A DNA stretch of 64,000 bases. Source: Polyangiaceae bacterium. GTDB lineage: Bacteria > Myxococcota_A > Polyangia > Polyangiales > Polyangiaceae. The stretch is taken from contig JANRKO010000092.1 in assembly GCA_033763455.1 (NCBI GenBank), positions 92,477 through 156,476 on the forward strand, given 5' to 3'. Positions 27,770 to 37,985 of the stretch are shown here, piece by piece. Below the pieces are notes generated by a model. That model ran no database searches, was not told the origin of the DNA, and saw only the letters and a program-made list of their open reading frames with translations. A program made the position numbers and the translations under genes. Position 1 is the first letter of the stretch. The number at the start of each line of letters is the position of its first letter.

Positions 27770-29368
27770 ATGGCTCGAATGCGCTGGGTCGCTCTACTCG
27801 TTGTTCTTCCGCTGGGCGCGGCGACGCTCCAGGCGCTCCGGTCGACGCTGGAAGGCCTGCCATGGTCCGCGATCCGGGGCGAAACGGAGCACTTGCGGCA
27901 CGAGCTGGCCCTGGCCGTGGCGGTAAGGAGTGCCCAGGCTGCCGTGCTTGAACGTTCGCCCGACGTGGCCAAGGAAATTGTTCAAGAGCCGAGCACGACC
28001 CCCATCGCATCCAGCCCGAGCGTCGCCAAACGCGATGAGGTGCCAGACGCCAACCCGCCCACGGCCGACCTCACCGTGCCACTTCTGGCACTGGCGCGAG
28101 AGACGCCCATCTACGCTGCTCCGACCAGGCAAGCCCGCAAAGTTGGTTACGCGCGCACGGGTTCGGTATTGGTAGCAAGCGTAGAGAAAGTCGAAGGCAG
28201 GGGCTGCTCAGGAGGTTGGCAGCGTGTGCGACCGTTCGGTTTCGTTTGCGGCGACGAGCGAGTTTCCTCGCAAACCGATCACCCTGTCCGTGAACTGGCG
28301 ACCCGCCCCGCCGATCGTCTCGCCAGCCTGCCGTACGTGTATGTTCGTGTGAAGCAAGCTCGCGTGCCCCTGTACACACGAATTCCGAGTCCCCCGGAAC
28401 GCGCCGCTCTCGAAGGTTCAGCACGCGGCGCTCTTGATCGTGCGTGGCGCGACGCTTTTGTGGAGCCGCTGCCGCAAAGCCTGGCCCTCGGGCGTCCAAC
28501 CCCTACGTCGCACGGCTACGCTCGCTCAGCCACCTCACTGGCTTTGGAGCGTACGCGACCCAATGGGAGCTTCGCGTTAAGCAGGTTGTTTGAGGTGGGC
28601 GGACAACGCTTTGGAATGACACCGGACTTATTGCTGTTGCCGCTTGATCGCGTGACAGAGGTGCCGGTTTCCACCTTTAGTGGGGTCAAGATCCGGGCCG
28701 GTCAGAGTTTGCCTGTAGCGTTTGCCACATCGCATTCTGCTTACCTATACGACATTGATGTCGAACGTGGCGCGATCAAACTCGCACGAAAAATGAACTA
28801 CCGAGAAGGAGCCGTGGCCTCCGACCAACGGCGCTTCTTCGGCGGCAAAGAATATGTGCGGTTTGCGGAGGGCTTGTGGGCTCGCGCCGATCAACTACGT
28901 TTCGTTCGATCATCGCCAGCAGTCGGGTCGCGGCTAAAACGCGAACACACGTTCATTGACGTCTCGCTTGCCGATCAATCACTGGTGGCCTACGAAGACG
29001 GAAGGCCGGTCTTCGCAACGCTAATTTCGAGCGGAGTGCCCGAAGAAAGGCCCGGCTCCCCTTCGCACGAAACCGTGTCGGGACAGTTTCGCATTCATAC
29101 CAAACACGTGACTGCGCAGATGACCGGAGACGAAGCGGGAGATGAATATTCGCTTCCAGACGTACCCTACGTGCAATATTTTCAGGGTAGCTTCGCGTTT
29201 CACGCTGCCTATTGGCACGATGCTTTTGGAACACCGAAGAGCCACGGCTGCATCAACCTCTCGCCTGAAGACGCGCGCTTCTTGTTCGGCTGGACGGAGC
29301 CCAAGGTTCCGCCAGGTTGGCATGGCGCGATGGCCTCGTTGGGCACGTTGGTTTCCATCCATGAGTGA
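27770..29368 (+). CDS. L,D-transpeptidase family protein
   Basis: IDVSLADQSL..ISSG..HAAYWHDAFGTPKSHGCINL. Confidence 0.9.
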   Translation: MARMRWVALLVVLPLGAATLQALRSTLEGLPWSAIRGETEHLRHELALAVAVRSAQAAVLERSPDVAKEIVQEPSTTPIASSPSVAKRDEVPDANPPTADLTVPLLALARETPIYAAPTRQARKVGYARTGSVLVASVEKVEGRGCSGGWQRVRPFGFVCGDERVSSQTDHPVRELATRPADRLASLPYVYVRVKQARVPLYTRIPSPPERAALEGSARGALDRAWRDAFVEPLPQSLALGRPTPTSHGYARSATSLALERTRPNGSFALSRLFEVGGQRFGMTPDLLLLPLDRVTEVPVSTFSGVKIRAGQSLPVAFATSHSAYLYDIDVERGAIKLARKMNYREGAVASDQRRFFGGKEYVRFAEGLWARADQLRFVRSSPAVGSRLKREHTFIDVSLADQSLVAYEDGRPVFATLISSGVPEERPGSPSHETVSGQFRIHTKHVTAQMTGDEAGDEYSLPDVPYVQYFQGSFAFHAAYWHDAFGTPKSHGCINLSPEDARFLFGWTEPKVPPGWHGAMASLGTLVSIHE

Positions 29369-29521
29369 GAATTTTGGTATGGCTGGCTGTCCCGATTTGG
29401 GCTGATTGTCTCAATTGGGTGACAAGGGGTCGTGTGCGCGAAGCGTTGGCTCCACCGTTTTCTCGGATAAAACTCCACGTGCGTGTTCGGTGGGGTGACA
29501 ATCGTGGGAAGTTGTTCGGAA

Positions 29522-29536
29522 TGGCTAATGGTTCGC
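29522..29536 (+). promoter_or_regulatory. Possible sigma54 promoter
   Basis: TGGCTAATGGTTCGC (GG-N10-GC), with inverted repeat TTGTC-N10-GACAA at 29406-29425. Confidence 0.3.
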
Positions 29537-29563
29537 TCCAAACGGTCGCTTCCATGAACCACG

Positions 29564-29758
29564 ATGCACTCTAAAGCAGAAGTTCCCACCGATGTCGGAA
29601 CGCGCCCCACCCAGTGCGAGGAGTGGGTTGAAGATACCGATATCGTCGATGTTTCCCTCGTGGATCGCGTACATATCGTGGAGCGCGTCGCAGAGCTGCA
29701 TGCGCGTCGGGTGCAGGCTGGGCTGCTTTCTTTGCCCGTTTTTGCGCTCAATCGCTAA
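29564..29758 (+). CDS. Small hypothetical protein
   Basis: 64-aa ATG ORF filling the gap between co-oriented genes. Confidence 0.45.
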   Translation: MHSKAEVPTDVGTRPTQCEEWVEDTDIVDVSLVDRVHIVERVAELHARRVQAGLLSLPVFALNR

Positions 29759-29851
29759 GTTTTTAGGCGGGTGGTAGTAAGGGATACACAGAGCGGGCGG
29801 GATCAGCGCGAACCTGTGCTATGAGTCGACCGGCGTCCGGAAGCGCTGTCG

Positions 29852-31219
29852 ATGCAGTTTCACATCCTCTCGTTCGAAGGGCCTGACCCATATAGCCGCG
29901 CCGGCGGCATTTCCAGTCGGATAACCGGCTTGACGGCTTCGCTTGCGAAGCTTGGCTACCAGACGCACCTCTGGTTTGTGGGTGATCCATTTCTGCCCGG
30001 GCACGAACAGCAGGGGGCTTTGCACCTACATCGTTGGTGCCAGTGGATAAGCCGTCACCACCCGCGTGGTGTCTACGATGGAGAGTGCGGCAAGGTGAAC
30101 GACTATGCGGCTTCGGTGCCTCCGCATCTGCTTGGGCACCATTTGCTGCCGCACCTTCGTGCGGGTGGCCGAGCCACGGTTCTAGCTGAGGAATGGCACA
30201 CGGTGCACGCGGTGCGCCATCTGGATTGGTTGTTAAAGCGTGAGGGCCTGCGCCATCAAGTAGATTTGCTTTGGAACGCCAACAACACGTTCGGCTTCGA
30301 AGGTATTGATTGGGCCGCGCTGACCGGGGCGGCACAGCTTACGACGGTGAGTCGTTACATGAAGCACAAGATGTGGTCGCTCGGTGTTGACCCATTGGTG
30401 GTGCCGAACGGCATCGATGAAGAATCGCTCAAGCCGCCTGAATTTGCGGCCGTGCAGCATCTCAGGCAGCAACTTTCGGGGAGGCCGTTTCTTACGAAAG
30501 TGGCCCGCTGGGATCCTGACAAGCGCTGGCTTCTAGCTGTGGACACGGTTGCGCTGCTCAAGGCGCGCGGCCAGCGTCCTCTCTTGGTTGCACGCGGCGG
30601 GCTTGAGAGCCACGCCCGAGAAGTTATTCGGCGGGCCCAAGCACAAGGGCTGAGTGTCGTCGAAAGAAGCACCAGAAAGGCCGGCGCCGAAGGCGTCCTG
30701 CGTGCTTTGGAAGGAGTGGCTGAAGCGGATATCGTGTTGTTGCAGTCGCACCTCGACCCAGCCGGTCGGCGGTTGCTCTTTAGGGCAGCCGATGCGGTGT
30801 TAGCTAATAGCGGTCATGAGCCATTTGGCCTAGTGGGCCTAGAAACGATGGCGGCAGGTGGCATAGCTTGCACCGGATCTTCCGGGGAAGATTATGCGAT
30901 TCCGGGCCAGAACGCGCTGGTGCTTGAAACGAATGACCCCTCCGAATTTGTGCGAATGTTCGAGCAACTTGAGCGCGAGCCAGGGCGTGCTCGCATGTTG
31001 CGGCGTGCGGCTCGAAGTACGGCTCTCGGCTACACCTGGAGCAAAGTGATCGATCGCGTGCTTTTGCCACGCTTGGCAGCCGAGGAGCCACCGAGCCGTC
31101 CTAGTGGAATTCGAGGGATCTTAGATTGGGCCCGAGCCCTTGGCACAGAGAGCCTTTTGCAGCTCGCGCTCACCCAGCCTTACCTGGGCAAGCTCACCTC
31201 CCGTCGAACTCAAGCTTGA
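29852..31219 (+). CDS. Glycosyltransferase family 4
   Basis: SFEGPDPYSRAGG, TTVSRY, VPNGID, EPFGLVGLETMAAG. Confidence 0.88.
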   Translation: MQFHILSFEGPDPYSRAGGISSRITGLTASLAKLGYQTHLWFVGDPFLPGHEQQGALHLHRWCQWISRHHPRGVYDGECGKVNDYAASVPPHLLGHHLLPHLRAGGRATVLAEEWHTVHAVRHLDWLLKREGLRHQVDLLWNANNTFGFEGIDWAALTGAAQLTTVSRYMKHKMWSLGVDPLVVPNGIDEESLKPPEFAAVQHLRQQLSGRPFLTKVARWDPDKRWLLAVDTVALLKARGQRPLLVARGGLESHAREVIRRAQAQGLSVVERSTRKAGAEGVLRALEGVAEADIVLLQSHLDPAGRRLLFRAADAVLANSGHEPFGLVGLETMAAGGIACTGSSGEDYAIPGQNALVLETNDPSEFVRMFEQLEREPGRARMLRRAARSTALGYTWSKVIDRVLLPRLAAEEPPSRPSGIRGILDWARALGTESLLQLALTQPYLGKLTSRRTQA

Positions 31220-33011
31220 CGCTGCGTTGTTCCAGCAACTTGCCGGTAGCCATCTGGAGATCGGCGCGAGCCTTCTCGTGTCTAATCAGCGCAGAAAGTT
31301 CGGCAAGCTCAGCTTGTGCGAGCTCTTCTTGGCGCTGAGCAACGAAGAAGTTGTTGCTCATTCCGTTTTGAAACTTTCGCTCTTCGGCACGCAGGCTCTG
31401 CTCCGAGAGCGAGCGCGAGTTCGCCGCGGCATAGAGCTGTTTTTCAGCGGTTTCGACCGCTCGGGCCGCTTGGCGTACCTCAACGTCAATATTCAGAAGC
31501 AGCTGGTTTTTGGTGAGCGTGGCGCGGCGCCGTGCCACACCCGCCCGCGCCGCTTCGGCTTCTCGTTGTTCATTCAATGGAGTCCAGTTAAGCCGGACAA
31601 ACGTGGACCAGTAGCGACCTCGAGCGTCCGTGAGCTCACCCAGCGCACCGCCGTAGGTGGTATCTTGGCCGATGAGGCCGTAGCTTGCGCTTGCGGAAAG
31701 ATCAGGGAGCTTGCCATTGTCAGCCACTCGGGCGTCGAGCGCGGCCTGGTTTAGATCGATTTGGGTTTGTTGTAACTCGGGTCGGTGCGTTTGCGCGTCG
31801 AGAAGGAGCCGTTCGAGATTGGGGCGGAGCTCCACAAAGTTGGGAGCATCGACAGTGAGCAGGGGCTTTTTCCAGTCCGCTTCAGGTAGGTTCATCAGCT
31901 GCCTCAGTCTATCGGCTGTGCGCTCGATGTTGCTTTCGGCCTCCACGAGTGAAAGGCCGCGGCGAGCGAGAGTTCCCTCCGCGTTGATGCGATCGGAAGG
32001 CGGAAGCACGCCCGCTTGGATTTGCCTTTCGGTAAGCTTGAGCTGCTGTTGAGCGAGCTCCCACGAGCGAACGCGCACTTGGTAGCTTTTGAGCGCCTCG
32101 GTCAGGTCCCAGTAGGCGTTTTCGGCCGAAAGCACGGTCGCAGCCGCCTGTAGCCGGGCAGCTTCGAGCGCTTTTTTCGAGCTGAAGCGGGCTCGGAGGA
32201 TAGCTGCCGTTTGGATGTCTCCATCCATAGAAAACCCTCTAAGCAGGGGTTGGGTCACGGTGAGGTCCGCACTTGTTCTGAAGACATCCGGACTGATGGC
32301 GTTGCCTTGGGAGCTTCGGGACCAATCGTTGTTGAACGAAACATCAGCGCGCGTCGCCGTATGGAACTGCTTGCTTCCGGAAATGTTCCAACTGTTGTCG
32401 ATGTTGTTGATGATCTGGCCTGCTGTGCCTTCTTGCGTGTTCGAAGGCGGGGAATCTGAATCCCGGTGCCGATAGCTGGCGCTGATGCTCGGTTCAAAAG
32501 TGCCGCTTGCCGCTTGTTCCGAGTAGGTGCCGCTGCGTACGCTTTCGCGTTCAAGCTGGATGCCCAGATTATTTCGGAGTGTGGCTTGGATGACGTCGCT
32601 CTTCCTCAACCTCCAGGCGGAGGCGGGAGCTGCCACGGAGGGTAGCTCGGTGGGTTCGCTGATGAACGCGGGAGGTGTGTAGCGACCTGCACTGAGGTAG
32701 CTCGGCGTGGTGGTGCCCGACGTAGCTTCGTTAGGCGGGGTGACACTCGTAGCAATCTCGCTAGGCGGGGTGGCGCTCGTAGCAATCTCCGTGGGCAGCG
32801 TGGCATTCTGCGCAGCTTCTCTGGGCGCGATGGGTGCGCTGCCGCGCTCGGTGGACGGGGCAGAGGGTGAGCCGCTATTGGGAGCGGAGGGCGCGGCAGT
32901 GGGGCTTAGCGGTTCGGAAGAGTTCGAGGGTGCGAGTGTTTCCGCGGAGGCTAGCTGGTAGGCGAACAACACTGAGGAACAAGAGAACACGACGAAGCGA
33001 TGGCGGAGCAT
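31194..33011 (-). CDS. TolC-family outer membrane efflux protein
   Basis: Signal peptide, P/S/T-rich linker, TQPLLRG, AYWDL, HRPEL, LPDLS; start ATG 33011. Confidence 0.9.
   Translation of the reverse strand: MLRHRFVVFSCSSVLFAYQLASAETLAPSNSSEPLSPTAAPSAPNSGSPSAPSTERGSAPIAPREAAQNATLPTEIATSATPPSEIATSVTPPNEATSGTTTPSYLSAGRYTPPAFISEPTELPSVAAPASAWRLRKSDVIQATLRNNLGIQLERESVRSGTYSEQAASGTFEPSISASYRHRDSDSPPSNTQEGTAGQIINNIDNSWNISGSKQFHTATRADVSFNNDWSRSSQGNAISPDVFRTSADLTVTQPLLRGFSMDGDIQTAAILRARFSSKKALEAARLQAAATVLSAENAYWDLTEALKSYQVRVRSWELAQQQLKLTERQIQAGVLPPSDRINAEGTLARRGLSLVEAESNIERTADRLRQLMNLPEADWKKPLLTVDAPNFVELRPNLERLLLDAQTHRPELQQTQIDLNQAALDARVADNGKLPDLSASASYGLIGQDTTYGGALGELTDARGRYWSTFVRLNWTPLNEQREAEAARAGVARRRATLTKNQLLLNIDVEVRQAARAVETAEKQLYAAANSRSLSEQSLRAEERKFQNGMSNNFFVAQRQEELAQAELAELSALIRHEKARADLQMATGKLLEQRSVKLEFDGR
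32732..32789. repeat. 30-bp coding tandem duplication in the TolC N-terminal linker
   Basis: TAGGCGGGGTG..CTCGTAGCAATCTC twice (EIATS[A/V]TPP). Confidence 0.7.
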
Positions 33012-33024
33012 GGGGACCTCGTTA

Positions 33025-34260
33025 TCACTGGTGGTGGAGGGCTTCGATAGGATCGAGTTGGCTTGCACGAATAGCCGGGTAAATTCCAGAAATCAGCCCC
33101 ACCGCGGAGGAAACCCCGGTGGCGATGACGACGGATATCATCGTTACCACGGTGGGCCAGTGAGCGTAGTTGGCTACGGCTTTTGCGATTCCTACGCCCG
33201 CAACTATACCGGCGATACCGCCGAGCAGAGAAATGGCGAGCGCCTCCACCAGGAACTGAAATCTGATGTCCTTTCGCAAGGCACCGACGGCACGCCGTAC
33301 CCCAATTTCTCGAGTTTGCTCCAGTACGGAGGCCAGCATGATGTTCATGATGCCAATGCCGCCTACCAGCAATGAAATGCCCGCAATACAGCCCATGACT
33401 ACGTTGAAGATGCGCTGTGTTTCCTGGTTCTGCTCTAAAAGGCGCTCGGGAACCACCAATTCGTAGTCTTTTGAGCCCCCGTGCAAGCGATCTAATAGGG
33501 AGTCGAGGATGAGCGCGCTTTGGCGCGGGTCCGCATTCTCTTCAAGTTGCACGATGATTTGTTCGAAAGGAGAGCTTATCGGGTCTCTTTCAAACTTCGC
33601 GAGGCCTGTGGTGGCGGGTAGGTAGATCTCACTTGCGCTCGTTCCCACGCTGATGCCCTCAAGTGCCACCCCAGAGGACGATTCAGGCGCCAAAACCCCG
33701 ACAACCGTGAGCCATACGTCCGCCACACGCAGTGGCTTGCCTATTGCTGGTTGGGCGCCAAACAGCACCTGGCGGATCTTAGAGCCTATCACGCACACTT
33801 GCCCGTGCTCCTCTTCGTCGAGGGCATCAAAGAAGCGCCCTTCTTGTAACACAAGATTGGCCGCTTGCCTGTGACTGCGAGAAACACCAAAAATCTTTGC
33901 GGGAACCTTCCGGGCTCCAGAGATTGCTTCTTGCGCCTTCAACTTGAGACGGGGCACCACGCGCGCAATGCCGATGTCCGCTTCTTCAATGGCGGCAACG
34001 TCCCTGGGGGAAAGCCCAAGCGACTTCTTGCGGACCTTCTGAAGCTCTTCACCGTCGGGGCTCTTATCCCGAATCACGATGTTGTGGATCCCGAGATGAG
34101 CTATCAACTCTAGCGCCTGGCGTTCCGCACCGGCTCCGATGGCGAGCATCGCAATCACCGCTCCCACGCCGAACATCATACCCAACATAGTGAGCGCAGA
34201 GCGCAGCTTGTGGGCCCGAAGGTTCTCCAAAGCTCCGAGGACAGCGTCTTCAGTTCGCAT
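33025..34260 (-). CDS. MacB-type ABC permease
   Basis: KLRSALTMLG, SLLVGGIGIMNIML..TREIGVRRAVGA, YPAIRASQLDPIEAL. Confidence 0.92.
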   Translation of the reverse strand: MRTEDAVLGALENLRAHKLRSALTMLGMMFGVGAVIAMLAIGAGAERQALELIAHLGIHNIVIRDKSPDGEELQKVRKKSLGLSPRDVAAIEEADIGIARVVPRLKLKAQEAISGARKVPAKIFGVSRSHRQAANLVLQEGRFFDALDEEEHGQVCVIGSKIRQVLFGAQPAIGKPLRVADVWLTVVGVLAPESSSGVALEGISVGTSASEIYLPATTGLAKFERDPISSPFEQIIVQLEENADPRQSALILDSLLDRLHGGSKDYELVVPERLLEQNQETQRIFNVVMGCIAGISLLVGGIGIMNIMLASVLEQTREIGVRRAVGALRKDIRFQFLVEALAISLLGGIAGIVAGVGIAKAVANYAHWPTVVTMISVVIATGVSSAVGLISGIYPAIRASQLDPIEALHHQ

Positions 34261-35554
34261 TTCGCCTCTTTTTTCCCTGCGGCGCTGCGGAACGGGATGG
34301 CTCGTTCGGGGAGATCGGCTTTTCCTCTGCCTGTGCAAACGGATCCCGAAGCGCGACTCTATCTCCCGGCTTGAGTCCGCGGCGGATCAGTACGCGACCC
34401 GCCGTGGTGGGCCCAAGCTCGACCTTAGTACGTTCGAACCCGTCATCCTTTTGGGCCACAAATACAAAGAAGTCCTGATCTTTTTCGAAGACTGTTTGCC
34501 TCGGCAACACGAGCCCCTGAACGCTGCCGAGATTGAGCTTTGCCGTCACCCGCTTACCAGGCTTCATCACACTCGGGTCCGTTTCTGACAGAGACAGCGT
34601 TACCGCGAAGTATTGTGTGGGGACGCCCTGGTAGCGCCGCTTGGCGATGTTCTCCACGCGCCGAACTTTGCCAGAGAAGGACCGGTTCGGTGCTGCGTCC
34701 AACGTGAGGGACGCAGGGCGCCCTGGTTCCAGGCCTTCAGCATCGGCTTCGAGTACGAATACCTCGGCTTCCATGGCATTAAGGAGGGGGATCTGGGCAA
34801 TCGTTTGGCTGGAACGTACGACATCACCGATGCGGAAGGCTTCGCCCATCCAGTTGCGCTCCAACACGAATACTCCGTCGTGAGGAGCTTTTAATTCCAA
34901 TTTGCCGAGGGCTTTGGATGCTTGACGCATCTGGAGGTTCGCCTTGGCTTGATCCACTGCCAAAAGGTCGACCTTCGTCTGCGCTATACGAGTGTCTATC
35001 TGTTGTGCCTGTTTGGCGTAGAGCAACCTAGATGCTTGAAGCCCTTGATCGATTTCTGACTCGATGATCTGGTGTCGAGAGAATATCTCCTCGTCTTTTC
35101 TCTGGAAGCGTGCGCCCAGCTCCTGCTCTCTTTCGGCAATTGCCGCGGCTCGTTCTCGATTTGCAAGTGTGCTGCCTGCAAGCGTGCGTTCCTTTTCTAG
35201 CTTGGCGGCCGAGTCCCTGCCGCTGTATTCCTCTCGCTCGTAGGTACGCCGAAAGTCACCGTCGTCGAAACGCACCAGAACGTCCCCTTTTTTGACCACC
35301 GCGCCGTCTTCGGCAAGAAAGACGATTTTGAGAGGATCGGGGACGTCGCTCGGGGGTGTGATGCGGGTAGCCTTGATTGGGCGCAGCGCTCCTTCGGCCT
35401 CTACCTCTCGCACGAAGGTGCTCGGCCTTACTTCTAGTGTTCCCACATCGCTGTCGCTTGTTCCGGAAAGTGCGGCACAGCCAACGCTTCCCCAAAGCAC
35501 GCACAACCAGAACGGCCCGCGCAACGGCCACAAAAAACGGCTATTTTTCGCCAT
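34250..35554 (-). CDS. Efflux periplasmic adaptor (MFP)
   Basis: DGAVVKKGDVLVRFD, LKAPHDGV, GLKPGDRV. Confidence 0.9.
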   Translation of the reverse strand: MAKNSRFLWPLRGPFWLCVLWGSVGCAALSGTSDSDVGTLEVRPSTFVREVEAEGALRPIKATRITPPSDVPDPLKIVFLAEDGAVVKKGDVLVRFDDGDFRRTYEREEYSGRDSAAKLEKERTLAGSTLANRERAAAIAEREQELGARFQRKDEEIFSRHQIIESEIDQGLQASRLLYAKQAQQIDTRIAQTKVDLLAVDQAKANLQMRQASKALGKLELKAPHDGVFVLERNWMGEAFRIGDVVRSSQTIAQIPLLNAMEAEVFVLEADAEGLEPGRPASLTLDAAPNRSFSGKVRRVENIAKRRYQGVPTQYFAVTLSLSETDPSVMKPGKRVTAKLNLGSVQGLVLPRQTVFEKDQDFFVFVAQKDDGFERTKVELGPTTAGRVLIRRGLKPGDRVALRDPFAQAEEKPISPNEPSRSAAPQGKKRRNAN

Positions 35555-36761
35555 TTTCGGAGCTCTCTTCCCGATTTCGTAGCACGAGATCGCCCGCCGC
35601 CACCCCCGACTTCACCTCCACGAATCGATCCGTTCGTTTCCCAAGCACCACACGGTGCGGCGTCGGTTTTCCACCTTGCTTCACGTAGAGGACGGGGCCA
35701 TTCGGTTCGACAAATATGGCTTCAATAGGAACCTTGAGTGTGTCTTTGAAGCGGGCGGTTTCGATCTTCCCTCGAAATCGCATCCCCGGTCGCACGTTGC
35801 CTCGAAGCTCGGAGGTGAGGTCAATATCAAGATCAATTACCGCGCCGCCCCCCTCGCGACGGACGGTCTGGTGGAGCTTCTTCAGTTTGCCGGCGTACGC
35901 CTTATCGGGGTAAGCATCAAGGCGCAACGAAAGTGGCTGGCCGGGCGCGAGCTGATTAGCGAACACTTCGTCAACGCTACCTGTAGCGTACAAGTTCGAA
36001 AGCGACACCACCTCAAGAATAGCTTCGCCTCGCCAAGACGAGTCCCCCGTCTTTCTCTTTTCTCCTTCGCGATTGGCGCGATGGAGCACCACTCCCTTTC
36101 TTGGGGATTTGACGCTCATTGCGTGGATATCTCGCTTCAGGGCGAGCACCTCCGCACGTCTGCTCTCTAGTCGATTGCTCAGAATGGCGAGATCAGCTCG
36201 GTCCCTCTCGGCCCTGGCCTTCGCGCGGGACTTGCGAAACTGAAGTTCTCTGTCCGAAAGCTCGCGATCCAAAAGGGCCGTCTTCTGCTCAAGACCCGAC
36301 AAGAATTCCGGAGATCGATCAGTTTTTAAGCGGTTGCGGTTGGCCGTCGCTTCGGCCTCAGCCAGGCCTAGTCGATCATCTTCTGCTGACAACTGCGTTT
36401 CCGCGAGGCGACGCTTGAGCTCCTCTTGGACCCTGCTCGCATCGGTTTCTGCGACTTCCAAGAGGCGGGTGAGCGACTCTGTGTCAAATTCCAAAAGGCG
36501 CGTACCGGGCTCTACCGCTTCACCCTCGTCGATAATGTAAACGATCTTGTATTCCCAAAGACTCGAAATGGGAGGCGGGCTCACTGAGATCGAATCGGTG
36601 GCACGCATCTCGCCAGTGACTTCCACCTCCTGCACGAGATCGCCACGGGTTACCTTGGCCCACCGCTCCTCGGAGTTTTCGCCGGCGCAGGCCCAACCAG
36701 AAGAGATAGCGCAAGCCAATAAGAATAAGGAAATGCCCCGCCTGGGCGAAATTGGCTTCAC
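35541..36761 (-). CDS. Efflux periplasmic adaptor (MFP)
   Basis: EGEAVEPGTRLLEFD, VKSPRKGV, RPGM; GTG 36761 overlaps the upstream stop. Confidence 0.88.
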   Translation of the reverse strand: MKPISPRRGISLFLLACAISSGWACAGENSEERWAKVTRGDLVQEVEVTGEMRATDSISVSPPPISSLWEYKIVYIIDEGEAVEPGTRLLEFDTESLTRLLEVAETDASRVQEELKRRLAETQLSAEDDRLGLAEAEATANRNRLKTDRSPEFLSGLEQKTALLDRELSDRELQFRKSRAKARAERDRADLAILSNRLESRRAEVLALKRDIHAMSVKSPRKGVVLHRANREGEKRKTGDSSWRGEAILEVVSLSNLYATGSVDEVFANQLAPGQPLSLRLDAYPDKAYAGKLKKLHQTVRREGGGAVIDLDIDLTSELRGNVRPGMRFRGKIETARFKDTLKVPIEAIFVEPNGPVLYVKQGGKPTPHRVVLGKRTDRFVEVKSGVAAGDLVLRNREESSENGEK

Positions 36762-37975
36762 AGCGCCTCCAAGAGTTCGGTGCCGACGGCCACGGCGCCG
36801 GCCACGGCGCAAAGCTCGGGACTACAGAAATCGACACGCACGGGGTGCACCGGGCCACTCGCTTCTTTGACACTAAACTTTCCAACCGAGCCGCTGAGGG
36901 CCGCCCGTGGTACGAGTAGTGCGCTATTTTCGTGCCGGCGAAGCACCTCAGCGCGTACGGACATGCCAGGACGAAGTGGGTGTTTGGTGGCGGAAGGAAG
37001 CTCCACCGTCACCACAAAAAACCTGCGATTGGAGTCGCGGGAAGGCCGCTGAGCTACGGGGCTAATCGATAGCACTTTTCCCTTGAGTGGTTCGTCGGGG
37101 TAAGCGTCTATGAAGCAGAGCGTTTCTGCGCCGGTTTGGATCTGACCGTCGTCTACGTCACTGAGTTGGGCCACGAACTGATAGGCGGATAGATCCGGAA
37201 GGGTCGCAACCGTGGCGCCCGGCCACAACGTATCTCCTGCCTGAAATGTGCGCCGCTCTCGTCGATTGTCCGCGACGATCACCAAGCCATCTTGGGGTGC
37301 GCGGAGGGTTAGGGCTTCTAGCCCGCGTTGCGTTTCCTCGAGCTGCTTTTTGGCCTTTTCGATCGCAATTTGGCGGACTTTGAGGTCCAATGCAGCAGCT
37401 CTTTGGGCGCTTTGTTGTGCTTCTTGGGCTTTGGCGAGCTCGCTCAGAGCACGTTCCCGAGCGAGCTGCTTCTCCTGATAGACGCGCAGGGGGTAGGCGT
37501 CTTGCGGTACAGCAGCCTCAAGCTCCGCCTTCTTCAATCCGATTTCGGCACGAGCCACGGCGATGTCGCGATCTGCGAGAGTGGCGTCATTGGCTGCCAG
37601 CTGACGCTCTAGCTCGGCTTCTGCTGCCTGTAGCGCCAGGCGGTTCTCCGACAAGCGATTCACGAAGGCAGAGTTGTCAAACTCAACCACCACGTCGCCT
37701 TTTTTGACCGTGGATCCATCTTCGACAAGGCGGCGAATATTCACACTCCACATCTCGGTCTTGGGTGCCACTAGGCGCTCAGCTCGGACTGCCTCCAGGC
37801 GCCCATAGAGCAACAGCGAGCTGCGAAGCGGGCCGCGAGTTACCTGCAACCGAACGTGTGCCTTGCCGGTGCTTTTTGGTCGTACGGTTGCCTGTTGCTC
37901 ACAGGCTGCCAAACAAGCAGCCATCGACAGGAGCGTGAGGCACTGGGCTATTGGTCGTGCGGAGCTGGCTTTCAT
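36758..37975 (-). CDS. Efflux periplasmic adaptor (MFP), lipoprotein
   Basis: LAAC lipobox, DGSTVKKGDVVVEFD, LRAPQDG, LRPGMS. Confidence 0.9.
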   Translation of the reverse strand: MKASSARPIAQCLTLLSMAACLAACEQQATVRPKSTGKAHVRLQVTRGPLRSSLLLYGRLEAVRAERLVAPKTEMWSVNIRRLVEDGSTVKKGDVVVEFDNSAFVNRLSENRLALQAAEAELERQLAANDATLADRDIAVARAEIGLKKAELEAAVPQDAYPLRVYQEKQLARERALSELAKAQEAQQSAQRAAALDLKVRQIAIEKAKKQLEETQRGLEALTLRAPQDGLVIVADNRRERRTFQAGDTLWPGATVATLPDLSAYQFVAQLSDVDDGQIQTGAETLCFIDAYPDEPLKGKVLSISPVAQRPSRDSNRRFFVVTVELPSATKHPLRPGMSVRAEVLRRHENSALLVPRAALSGSVGKFSVKEASGPVHPVRVDFCSPELCAVAGAVAVGTELLEAL

Positions 37976-37985
37976 AGCGCCATGC

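Noticed and set aside
31194..31219. Convergent 26-bp overlap of GT4 and TolC genes
   Set aside because: Short 3' overlaps are common in compact genomes.
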